Source: Anaerolineae bacterium
GTDB lineage: Bacteria; Chloroflexota; Anaerolineae; B4-G1
Reading direction: 5' to 3'
Assembly: GCA_046760785.1 (NCBI GenBank)
Contig: JBHIET010000003.1
Location: 451 to 64,450, forward strand
Length of the DNA: 64,000 bases
The position numbers were made by a program, and so were the translations under genes. Positions 54,714-62,747 of the stretch are shown here, piece by piece. Numbering within the stretch: the stretch's first letter is position 1; the number at the start of each line of letters is the position of its first letter. The notes below the pieces were generated by a model. That model searched no databases, was not told where the DNA came from, and worked only from the letters and a program-made list of their open reading frames with translations.

Positions 54714-57199
54714 AAGTTTCCCCCAGTCTGCCGCTGATCGGCCTCCTCATCCGAGGCAGCCAGACGCAGAGGCAGTGTGAAGGTAAAGGTGGAACCCCTC
54801 CCCACGTCGCTCTCCACCCAGATGTGCCCTCCGTGCATCTCCACGAATTCCTTGCTCAGGGCCAATCCCAACCCAGCCCCATTCGGCCGGCGCCCATCCA
54901 TCGTGCCCTGTTCAAAGCGCTGGAAGATCCGCTCCCGGTCCCCAGGCGGGATACCCACGCCGGTGTCGCTGACACTCACCATGACCTCCCCACCAGCGGG
55001 CCAGGCCCGTACAGTGATAGTCCCCTGCCCTGTAAACTTGGCCGCATTGGCCAGAAGCCGCAGCAGCACCTGGCGAATGCGCGCTGTGTCGGCCCGCACT
55101 ATAGGTAGGTCAGGAGCAATCTCCTGACGCAACTCAATGTCTTTATCGCGCACCAGTGCGCTGGCGGTAGCCATCACGCTGGAGACCAGGTCGGCCAGAT
55201 CCACCTCTCGGAACTCCAGTTCCATCAGCCCGGCCTCGATTTGAGAAATGTCCAGCAGGTCATTGATCAGGCCCAGCAGGTGTTGGCCATTTTGGTAGAT
55301 GATCTCAAGATCGTTCTGTTGCCGTTCTGTGAATGAGCCGTTAATCCCCTTCAGCATCAGCCGTGAGAAGCCGATGATATTGGTGAGAGGCGTGCGCAGT
55401 TCATGGGACATGTTGCTCAAGAAGCGGCGTTTGGAACGGTCCAGCTCCTGCAGTCGCTCAACCGCCTCCCGTTCCACGGCGTAGGCACGGGCGTTCTCCA
55501 GAGCAATGACGATCTGGTTGGCGACGTTCTGGAGGACAGAGACGTCGTCTGCGTCAAAGCCTTCCTCATCGGTGATCTGGACGTCCAGCACGCCCAGGGT
55601 ACGGTCCCCTAGACGCAATGGCAGGGCTACCTCTGAGCGAGTATAGGAGGCCGGAGGACCGACCGTAATGGGAAGGGGGCGGCTCTCCACCGCCGCCACC
55701 CCTTCCCGGAAGGCCTGTCCCACCGGACCCGGCAGGTCGGCGGGAACTTGTTGGCCGTGGAAGGGATCGGCATCACCAGCGAAGGCCCGCAGAAGCATGT
55801 ACTCTCCTTCCTCGTCAGACGTGTACACCGCGACGTAGGAGTAGGCAAACCGGCCTCTTACCACCTGGACTACCTGTTCTAGCAGTCTATTGGGGTCGAG
55901 GACGGAGGTGACGGCCTGCCCTACCTCCAGGCTAGCTTGCATCTGGATGGCCCGCCGCTGAATCTGATAGTTGGCTCTCTGCAAGAGAGCAGTACGTTGA
56001 GCAACCTTGTCTTCCAAGTCGTCGTACAAGGTCTTCAATTCCGCCGCCATGTGGTTGAACACGTAAGCCAGGATGCCAATTTCGTCCCGCGACGTGACGG
56101 GTACGCGCTGTTCCAGGTCTCCCCCCGCGATGCCAAGCGCCGACTCGGTCAATTGCACAATCGGACGGGTAAATTGCCGTGTCACGACCGCGGCGATGGC
56201 GGCGGTGACAAGCGCCACCACCAGCGTAGCACCGACAACAGCAGCCGTGACATTATAGGTTGTGGCAAAGGCTTCCTCTTGAGTCTGTTCTGCCACCAAC
56301 GCCAGCCCCAGTTCCGGCATCCAGTGGTAGACCCCGATAACTGGGACGCTGGCGTAGTTCTCATAAAGCCCTTCCCTGTTCTCGCCAGCAAGAGCGGCCT
56401 CGATACCTGAACTGGTCACCGCTTGCCCCTGAGGCAGCGCCATCCCACTGGCATCCACAAGGTAGATTTCTCCCGTCTCTCCGAGTTTGCCAACCGCCTG
56501 CAGGTCAGCGACCAGGTTGCTCGGATTGAGCCAGCCAACCAGCAGGCCGAGCGTCTCGTCATCTTGGCCAGTGATACGCTGGGCTTCGTCGTGAGGCTTC
56601 GTCGAGCTCAGCCGAGACGCGCTCAGCCGAACGGTGACCATCAATCGCTCATCGGCGGTTGGATCGAGTATGATGAACTGAAGAGCGGAGTCTTGTTCAG
56701 ACTCAAGGGCGGGCGCCTGTTCCGCCAACAAGCCCTCAGTTTGTGGGTCAGTAGAGACCAGCACTTTGCCTTCGCTATCAATCACGGCCAGGCAGCGAAA
56801 GGCAGGGTCTTGCAGAAGCACGGTCTGCAACTGGAGACGCAGCGCGTCGCGGGCGGTGGTGGCGCTTTGCTCTGAGCCTGTCGAAGGGTTAGCCGCATTG
56901 ACGACCAGGAGGCTCACATTTTCCCTGGTGGGAGGCAAGGCCGCCAGAAACGCCAAACTCGCAATGCGATGCTCGATCCATTGGCGGATCTGCATTTCCG
57001 TCACCGCAGCCACGGAGGATAGTTTAGCCGTAACCTCGCGCTGGATATCCTGCCGTTCGCGGAGGGTAGCATACCAACTGATAGCGCTCAGTGGCACGAT
57101 CGCCAGGACCAGGAAGGCGGTCAGCAGGGTCCTGCCCAACCCTCCACGCATCCCAGTGGTCGGGATCCGAGACTGTTCCATCGGGCCTGACGGCAACAT
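54710..57199 (-). CDS. sensor histidine kinase: TM, dCache-like, TM, HAMP, GAF, HisKA, HATPase
   Basis: 829 aa. H-box FLSNMSHELRTPLTNIIGF. HATPase N box …NAAKFT… and G boxes DTGVGI and GAGLGLAL. Confidence 0.92.
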   Translation of the reverse strand: MLPSGPMEQSRIPTTGMRGGLGRTLLTAFLVLAIVPLSAISWYATLRERQDIQREVTAKLSSVAAVTEMQIRQWIEHRIASLAFLAALPPTRENVSLLVVNAANPSTGSEQSATTARDALRLQLQTVLLQDPAFRCLAVIDSEGKVLVSTDPQTEGLLAEQAPALESEQDSALQFIILDPTADERLMVTVRLSASRLSSTKPHDEAQRITGQDDETLGLLVGWLNPSNLVADLQAVGKLGETGEIYLVDASGMALPQGQAVTSSGIEAALAGENREGLYENYASVPVIGVYHWMPELGLALVAEQTQEEAFATTYNVTAAVVGATLVVALVTAAIAAVVTRQFTRPIVQLTESALGIAGGDLEQRVPVTSRDEIGILAYVFNHMAAELKTLYDDLEDKVAQRTALLQRANYQIQRRAIQMQASLEVGQAVTSVLDPNRLLEQVVQVVRGRFAYSYVAVYTSDEEGEYMLLRAFAGDADPFHGQQVPADLPGPVGQAFREGVAAVESRPLPITVGPPASYTRSEVALPLRLGDRTLGVLDVQITDEEGFDADDVSVLQNVANQIVIALENARAYAVEREAVERLQELDRSKRRFLSNMSHELRTPLTNIIGFSRLMLKGINGSFTERQQNDLEIIYQNGQHLLGLINDLLDISQIEAGLMELEFREVDLADLVSSVMATASALVRDKDIELRQEIAPDLPIVRADTARIRQVLLRLLANAAKFTGQGTITVRAWPAGGEVMVSVSDTGVGIPPGDRERIFQRFEQGTMDGRRPNGAGLGLALSKEFVEMHGGHIWVESDVGRGSTFTFTLPLRLAASDEEADQRQTGGNL

Positions 57200-57231
57200 G
57201 ATCGTTCGCCTATACTACGCATGTGTCCGAA

Positions 57232-57642
57232 TCACCCTAGATCCCATATTTCTTCCCCTCGCAAGACGCGGCGGATTTGGTTGGGGAAGCGATCCGGGTC
57301 GAGTGGCTTGGCGATGAAACCATCGAAGCCAGCACTGCGGGCACGCTCCATACTGTCAGCAGATACGTCGGCGGTCACGGCAACGATGAGAGTGCTGTTG
57401 AAGCCCGGATGGGCGCGCAGCCTCTTCAACACCTGGTATCCGTCTTCCTCCGGCAAGAAAATATCCATTAAGATCAAGTCAATGTGCGGCAGCGACTCTG
57501 CAAATTCCAACACCTGCCAGCCCGACGCCTTCCACTCGCACTTCTTCACGCCAAGATAGGCCAGCAGGCGTGTGATGAGCACGAAGTTCTGGAAGTTATC
57601 CTCGACGACAAGGATTGTAGCGTCTTTTGGTTGTATGCCCAT
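57232..57642 (-). CDS. single-domain response regulator (CheY-like)
   Basis: 136 aa. ILVVEDN…, DLILMDIFLPEEDG, VAVTAD, …AKP. Confidence 0.9.
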   Translation of the reverse strand: MGIQPKDATILVVEDNFQNFVLITRLLAYLGVKKCEWKASGWQVLEFAESLPHIDLILMDIFLPEEDGYQVLKRLRAHPGFNSTLIVAVTADVSADSMERARSAGFDGFIAKPLDPDRFPNQIRRVLRGEEIWDLG

Positions 57643-57650
57643 AGTGACCT

Positions 57651-58034
57651 CTACAATATGCTGCTTTTCCGCAGTGCCTCTTTGACTTGTTCGGGTAGCC
57701 GGTCCACGTCAATGGGTTTCTGAATATAACCATCGCAGCCCGCTTCCAGTGTACGCTCCCGGTCCCCTTTCATCACGTTGGCTGTAAGGGCCAGGATGGG
57801 CACATGCTGCAGGCCAGGCGTCTCACGGAAGCGTCTAGCCAGGTCATAACCATCTATTTCTGGCAGATTGATGTCCAGCAAGATCAAATCCGGCTGCATC
57901 TGGGCAGCCATTTCCAATCCGGCAAGACCGTCCGTCGCCTCCAGCACGGAATAATCCTCTGCCTCCAGGATGCGCCTCACCAGCAGGCGGTTTGAAGGAT
58001 CGTCCTCGATATAGAGGATGCGAATACTACTCAT
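57651..58034 (-). CDS. single-domain response regulator (CheY-like)
   Basis: 127 aa from the ATG at 58034 (GGAGGG upstream). ILYIEDD, DLILLDINLPEIDG, LALTAN, …QKP. Confidence 0.9.
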   Translation of the reverse strand: MSSIRILYIEDDPSNRLLVRRILEAEDYSVLEATDGLAGLEMAAQMQPDLILLDINLPEIDGYDLARRFRETPGLQHVPILALTANVMKGDRERTLEAGCDGYIQKPIDVDRLPEQVKEALRKSSIL

Positions 58035-58095
58035 CAGACAAGCCCTCCGCACGGAATCTGCACCAAAACAGCAGCCGAATTGCCATAGGTGCTCT

Positions 58096-58124
58096 CATTA
58101 TATCAGATTCCAATTTAGATTTCA
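58096..58124 (-). promoter_or_regulatory. near-consensus promoter TTGAAA-17-TATAAT heading the signalling cluster
   Basis: -35 at 58119-58124, -10 at 58096-58101, about 60 nt upstream of the first response regulator ATG. Sits in a visibly AT-richer spacer. Confidence 0.6.
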
Positions 58125-58215
58125 ATGTTACGCCAATACTAGTGCGTTACAGATTGGTTACAATTTCGCCCATCGAAAACGTTACGGCTCGCCCTGCCGA
58201 CAGAATGATCTGAGT

Positions 58216-58244
58216 TTGACACGCACAGTGTTCTGTGGTACTAT
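58216..58244 (+). promoter_or_regulatory. near-consensus promoter TTGACA-17-TACTAT (TGg extended -10), divergent from the cluster promoter
   Basis: -35 at 58216-58221, -10 at 58239-58244. A second weaker motif, TTGCCC-18-TAGAAT, lies at 58303-58332. The ATG of the downstream gene is at 58450. Confidence 0.55.
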
Positions 58245-58449
58245 CTCACTGCCCGTCTCTCTAACTTCTGGAATACGTGCGGCGCTTCTGAACGCACGGG
58301 ACTTGCCCTTTAGTGGCAAGCTATGCTAGAATATAGACAGCAGCCACACGTTGTGGCGAAAAGATATGATTTGCGTTCTCTACAGTGATGGAACGCGGGC
58401 GTAGATCGAGTAGCAAAGCGCAATATCCATTAGTGAGAGGAGGAGTGAT

Positions 58450-59196
58450 ATGACACCATTGAGCTGGGCCATTGTGGCCACTGCTGTAATGTTGGTCATC
58501 GCAGCCGTCGTCGGGCTTGCCAAGGGCAAGGGTGTCTTCGGCGTGCTGATTGACGGGCGGGGGAAGTACAGCCTCTCGCGCTTGCAGATCCTGCTCTGGA
58601 CAGCGTTGATTATCGGAGGGTACTTTGGCATCGCTCTCCCCAAACTGGCTTTCGTCACGATCCCGAATGATGTGCTGGGATTGCTCGGCGTCACCCTGGG
58701 CTCAACCGTCATCTCGACGGCTATCAAGGCCAACAAGATAAGCGACGGCCAGACGCGAGACGAGGAGCAGAACATCCGCAAGGCCATCGAGTCGGCACAG
58801 GACGAATTGCTGCGCCTGGCCGGGGTGGAGGCCCCTGAGACTCTCTCGCTAGATGAGAAGTCCAAGCTTCTGGCCGAACTGGGCAAAGACTATCTGGAGG
58901 AGCTGAACCGTGAGGCCGAAGCTAAACGCAAGCCCTCGTGGATGGATCTTTTCAGCCAGGAGCAAAAAGACAAGGAGCATCTGATTGACATCGGCAAGCT
59001 GCAGATGTTCGCCTGGACGATAGCCGCATTGGTCATCTACGGTTCGATACTGGTGTCCAAGTTGACGCTTCCGTTGGCGCAGGTATCCGAATTGACCGAG
59101 TTGCCGAACGTCACGAGCACTATCCTGGCGCTGATGGGCATCTCACAGGCGGCCTACCTGGGGATGAAACTGCCCAGCCCGAAGCCGTCTTCGTGA
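58450..59196 (+). CDS. uncharacterised membrane protein (N-terminal TM cluster, charged coiled-coil-like middle, C-terminal TM pair)
   Basis: 248 aa. GAGGAGGAG upstream of the ATG. No motif recognised. Confidence 0.65.
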   Translation: MTPLSWAIVATAVMLVIAAVVGLAKGKGVFGVLIDGRGKYSLSRLQILLWTALIIGGYFGIALPKLAFVTIPNDVLGLLGVTLGSTVISTAIKANKISDGQTRDEEQNIRKAIESAQDELLRLAGVEAPETLSLDEKSKLLAELGKDYLEELNREAEAKRKPSWMDLFSQEQKDKEHLIDIGKLQMFAWTIAALVIYGSILVSKLTLPLAQVSELTELPNVTSTILALMGISQAAYLGMKLPSPKPSS

Positions 59197-59220
59197 CACT
59201 GTCTGCAGTGGGCAAGGCAC

Positions 59221-59250
59221 AAGCCCCGGGGCAAACCTCGGGGCTTCTTG
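59221..59250 (+). terminator. candidate intrinsic terminator
   Basis: aagccccg-N10-cggggctt followed by a short T-rich stretch, 25 nt after the stop. Confidence 0.4.
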
Positions 59251-59379
59251 CCGGTACGAGTTCATACCAAGCAGCCTATGCTGAGCCGCTCGCTTGGTTT
59301 CGATATGCTGCTCCCTCTGGTCGCAGCTACTCAACCAGCGCTCGCTCGCCCACTACTGCATCCAGCCTGAGCAGTAACT

Positions 59380-59667
59380 ATGGGGACATATACGTGGTTC
59401 CTTTACGTCCTGCGCTGCGCCGATGGCACGCTCTACACGGGCATCACCACCGACCTGAACCGGCGCGTAGCCGAGCACAACGCTGGTCGGGGAGCGCGTT
59501 ACACGGCGGGGCGCCGTCCCGTGACGTTGCTCGCGGCCTGGCGCTTCCCCGACCGCGGGGCAGCGCAGCGAGCCGAAGCCTGCTTCCGGCGATTGCGCCG
59601 AGCGCGGAAACTGGCGCTGGTCGCGCGGGGGCTTCCCTTTGGAGACGGTCGTCCGCCCCAGCGATGA
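59380..59667 (+). CDS. GIY-YIG nuclease superfamily protein (UPF0213-like)
   Basis: 95 aa. FLYVLRCADGTLYTGITTDLNRRVAEHN is the GIY-YIG signature with the conserved R and E. Confidence 0.85.
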   Translation: MGTYTWFLYVLRCADGTLYTGITTDLNRRVAEHNAGRGARYTAGRRPVTLLAAWRFPDRGAAQRAEACFRRLRRARKLALVARGLPFGDGRPPQR

Positions 59668-59800
59668 TCGCCCGCGCCAGGTCTGCTCCACCTGCGGGCG
59701 CGTCCCAGAATGAGCCGCAATGCCAAGCCCTGCGCGGACGCTTTGGTCGTGCGCGATGATCGCTTTGTATGGTGTACTGCCCTTTTGCAAGGCTCGCCCG

Positions 59801-61132
59801 CTATCTATCTCCTTTGCGACGGCGGGTAGCCTTCCGGCGCGAAGTGCCGCTCTGGTAATCGGGGGCCAGGATGGGGGCAGGTGTGCAATGGCTCGCGTCC
59901 AACATACGGGTCGCCAGGCGAGGATCAACTTCTTCGATCCACTTGGCTGTGGTAATGACGGTCGGCAGCCGAGCATTGTAGCGGTAGTCGAAGATCTGGT
60001 ACAGTTTCTCCCGCGCCCAGGGCGTGGCTGACTCAGTGCCCAGGTCGTCGAGAATGAGGAGTGGGACACGGCGCACCTCCTCGAACTGCTGGTAGAAGGT
60101 GACTGTGCTCTGAGGACTGAAAGTGGCCCGCAGGTAGTCTAACAGATCAGGGACAACGACGAACAGGACCGGGTGGCCCTGCGCCACGCGATAGTTGGCG
60201 ATGGCGGCGGCCAGATGGGTCTTGCCGCAGCCGTAGGTGCCGGTGATGAGCAGCCAGTCGCGGGGGTCCTCGGCGAAGGCGCGGGCTTTGTCGAAAGCCT
60301 CTTTGAGGCTTTTCTCCTCATCGCGGGATAGTTCTCCCTTACGCAGGTCGAAGGCCTCAAAGGTCTGATGGGTGTGCAGACCCAAGCTACTCAGATCGAA
60401 CTGATCCTGAACGAGTCCCACCCGCCGGTAATCGGGTGCGGTGATGGAGACAATTCGAGCCAGGTCGGGATCCACCAAGCGCGAGCGGAGCCGCAGGGGA
60501 ATCTCCTCCAACTCGCGGTTGGTGGTGACGGCGGTGGGCAAGCGGGCGTTGTAGCGATAGTTGAAGATCTGGAACAGTTTCTCCTGCGCCCAGGGGGTGC
60601 TGCTCTCGGTGCCCAGGTCGTCGAGGATGAGGACCGGGACGGTGCAGACCTCCTCGAAGCGGGCGTCGTATTCGGTGGGACTGGAGGGAGCGAAGGAGGC
60701 GCGGAGGTGATCCAGCAGATCGGGGACGGTGATGAAGAGCACCGGTTGGCCGCGCTCGACACACTCGTTGGCGATGGCGGCAGCAAGGTGAGTTTTTCCA
60801 CACCCATAACCACCTTTCAACACCAACCACCCCTCCGGGTTCTCGGCGAAACCCCTGGCCTCCTCGTAAGCCCAGCGCAGGTTGGCCTGCTTATCGGGCG
60901 GGAGGCCGTGTCCCTCGGGCACAAAGGTCTCGAATGTCAAGTGGGCCAGGATGTCGAGATCGCTTAACGTGCGCAGCGCAGCCACGCGTCGCTGAGCCAG
61001 TTCGACCATGCGGCAGGTGCAGGGGACAAGTCTACCGAAGTCAGGATGGCCAACTGGCACGTCCGCCCGCATGTAGCCCAACCCTTTGCAGATTGGGCAG
61101 ACTCTCTCTGCTGCCTCCCTTGACAGGCTCAT
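59801..61132 (-). CDS. DnaC/DnaI/IstB-like AAA+ protein with N-terminal Cys-rich ribbon and two tandem ATPase modules
   Basis: CPICKGLG…PCTC. Module 1: GGYGCGKTHLAAAIAN … VLILDDLG. Module 2: GTYGCGKTHLAAAIAN … LLILDDLG. The ATG at 61132 overlaps the upstream stop (ATGA). Confidence 0.85.
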   Translation of the reverse strand: MSLSREAAERVCPICKGLGYMRADVPVGHPDFGRLVPCTCRMVELAQRRVAALRTLSDLDILAHLTFETFVPEGHGLPPDKQANLRWAYEEARGFAENPEGWLVLKGGYGCGKTHLAAAIANECVERGQPVLFITVPDLLDHLRASFAPSSPTEYDARFEEVCTVPVLILDDLGTESSTPWAQEKLFQIFNYRYNARLPTAVTTNRELEEIPLRLRSRLVDPDLARIVSITAPDYRRVGLVQDQFDLSSLGLHTHQTFEAFDLRKGELSRDEEKSLKEAFDKARAFAEDPRDWLLITGTYGCGKTHLAAAIANYRVAQGHPVLFVVVPDLLDYLRATFSPQSTVTFYQQFEEVRRVPLLILDDLGTESATPWAREKLYQIFDYRYNARLPTVITTAKWIEEVDPRLATRMLDASHCTPAPILAPDYQSGTSRRKATRRRKGDR

Positions 61133-61794
61133 CGTGTTTTTTCCCATTTGCTGTACCGTTGCCGATCCGCCTCGCTAGTTCGCCGGCTTGTCTTTTCTCC
61201 CCTCCCTTCGGTGCGCCAGCCTTCTAGGATGGCACGGATATACTTCCAACTGCGCTTGTTCAGCAATAGCGCCTCGCGGAACGCCTCCTCGATCCACGCG
61301 GCCGGGTAGGTCTCCTCTGCCTCGCGCAGTTCGTCGGCGATGAGCGGCGTGAGCAGGCCAACGTTCTGCTCGTAGAGGATGAAGATATTGGGCCGTCCGG
61401 CGGATTCAAGTTCGTCGGGCCACTGGCCGCGCGCGATGGCCTCGACGGCGGCACGTCCCTTGGGCGTGTTGGCGAAGTAGAGTTCCTCGGTCGTTCCCCC
61501 AACGGTGGCCTCGACCCGCAGCAGTGTCCCGCGCTCAATGGCGCGCTCCAGCGCCCCGCTCACGGCCTTACCGGCAGCGTCGCCCAGGCCAGAAAGCAGC
61601 ACCTGGTCGGAAGCCAGGTCGGCGCGGCGGAGATAGCGCACCTTGCCCCGCTGCCGGCCCAGCCGCCACAGCACGTGCAGCGTGAGTTTGAGCTCGGCCA
61701 GGTCGTCAATAAGCGGGATGAGCTCGGCGAAGACCGGCTCAGGGACGTTGACGCTGCGGATTTTGCCCGCTGGGAAGCCGCTGAAGGTTTTCAT
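61129..61794 (-). CDS. DnaD-domain replication/primosome protein
   Basis: The C-terminal …LYEQNVGLLTPLIADELREAEETYPAAWIEEAFREALLLNKRSWKYIRAILEGW… matches the DnaD/DnaB_2 repeat pattern. Confidence 0.8.
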   Translation of the reverse strand: MKTFSGFPAGKIRSVNVPEPVFAELIPLIDDLAELKLTLHVLWRLGRQRGKVRYLRRADLASDQVLLSGLGDAAGKAVSGALERAIERGTLLRVEATVGGTTEELYFANTPKGRAAVEAIARGQWPDELESAGRPNIFILYEQNVGLLTPLIADELREAEETYPAAWIEEAFREALLLNKRSWKYIRAILEGWRTEGRGEKTSRRTSEADRQRYSKWEKTR

Positions 61795-61916
61795 ACTCGA
61801 TACTGGATGCTGGAAGGAAACTCCGGAACCAATTCAGGGGAGGGACTATCGTTCAGTCAAAGAGCCACTTAAGCCTAGATTTCGCACTCCGCTAGCAGCT
61901 AAATCAGGCCAGTCGT

Positions 61917-61947
61917 CCTGAGTGCCGCGAAGCGGCGTATCGAAGGG
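61917..61947 (+). repeat. copy e of the dispersed motif, with an expanded internal hairpin (CCTGAG-N17-TCGAAGGG)
   Basis: cctgag tgccgcgaagcggcgta tcgaaggg. The inner part forms gccgc-gaa-gcggc. Intergenic. Confidence 0.55.
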
Positions 61948-62018
61948 GCGATTTGGCCATGATCTGTACAATCACTGTTACGATTTCCAGGGGTGCGAAA
62001 AACAGGCTAAGGAAGCCA

Positions 62019-62357
62019 TCACTGACCTACCATTTCCTCAATCTGCCCGACGAGTTGTCGCAACGAGGGAAGCAGGCGGGAGACATCCTCTGGAGTTATC
62101 CCAGGGCTGGCGAAGAAGGGATACCGCTCCAGCGTGTAGAAGTCTGTGGCCTCCTCGCAAAGCTCTCGGAATCTCTCCAGCATTGGCTCGAAGCGAATCG
62201 CCTCGTTGAGCAGCGTCTCCAGGTTGTGGATACGTTGTAGTTCCCACCCTTGAGAGAGCAGGTATCCCTTGAGATACTTCTCCACTGCCTGCTGAAGGTG
62301 AAAACCGGCCACCTCAGCATCCCCCCCTTCTCGCAACAGAATTTCCGCTGTACGCAC
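62019..62357 (-). CDS. HEPN domain protein (partner of the MNT)
   Basis: …AEILLREGGDAEVAGFHLQQAVEKYLKGYLLSQGWELQRIHNLETLL…ERYP…. The only canonical start is the GTG at 62357. See the finding on the in-frame upstream codons. Confidence 0.8.
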   Translation of the reverse strand: MRTAEILLREGGDAEVAGFHLQQAVEKYLKGYLLSQGWELQRIHNLETLLNEAIRFEPMLERFRELCEEATDFYTLERYPFFASPGITPEDVSRLLPSLRQLVGQIEEMVGQ

Positions 62358-62402
62358 GTCCTTCTGGGCTTTGACAAACCAATCCTGCGGATAAAGGATT
62401 CT

Positions 62403-62735
62403 TCAAGCGGCATACAGCACCTCACCATGCGATATGATCGTCTGCAGGAACTGGTCTCCTCTCTTCAGACGCTCCTCTAATTCTGCAGGTGTTACCACCA
62501 GCAAGTCCACCGGAATGCGACGCTGCGGGTCTCGGAGCAAACGCCTGACATGCACGGCCCGCTGGTAAGGGGACGCCTGGCTATCCTTGACGATGAGCAG
62601 ATCAATGTCACTGATCTGGCCCGGCACGCCATAAGCCTGGGAGCCATAGAGTATAATCTGGTGAGGACGATACTCTCTGGCCAATGTATGGACAATTCTG
62701 TCCAGCAGAGCCTTAATGTTCTGAGGCATTTCCAT
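62403..62735 (-). CDS. minimal nucleotidyltransferase (MNT) domain protein
   Basis: ILYGSQAYG…SDIDLLIV is the GS…DxD nucleotidyltransferase motif. GAGGAG upstream of the ATG. Confidence 0.85.
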   Translation of the reverse strand: MEMPQNIKALLDRIVHTLAREYRPHQIILYGSQAYGVPGQISDIDLLIVKDSQASPYQRAVHVRRLLRDPQRRIPVDLLVVTPAELEERLKRGDQFLQTIISHGEVLYAA

Positions 62736-62747
62736 AAGCAGGCTCCT

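Noticed and set aside
33225-58034. Chemotaxis-type cluster (MCP/CheA/CheW) as an explanation for the HAMP-rich, ParA-containing array
   Set aside because: No methyl-accepting signalling hairpin, CheA P1-P5, CheW, CheB or CheR motif was seen in any of the 12 proteins. The resemblance is limited to HAMP domains, single-domain receivers and the orphan ParA.
59353-60069. 238-aa minus-strand ORF overlapping the GIY-YIG gene and the 3' end of the dnaC-like gene
   Set aside because: The plus-strand 95-aa ORF carries an unmistakable GIY-YIG signature. The minus ORF is Arg/Pro/Ser-rich and overlaps two better-supported genes.
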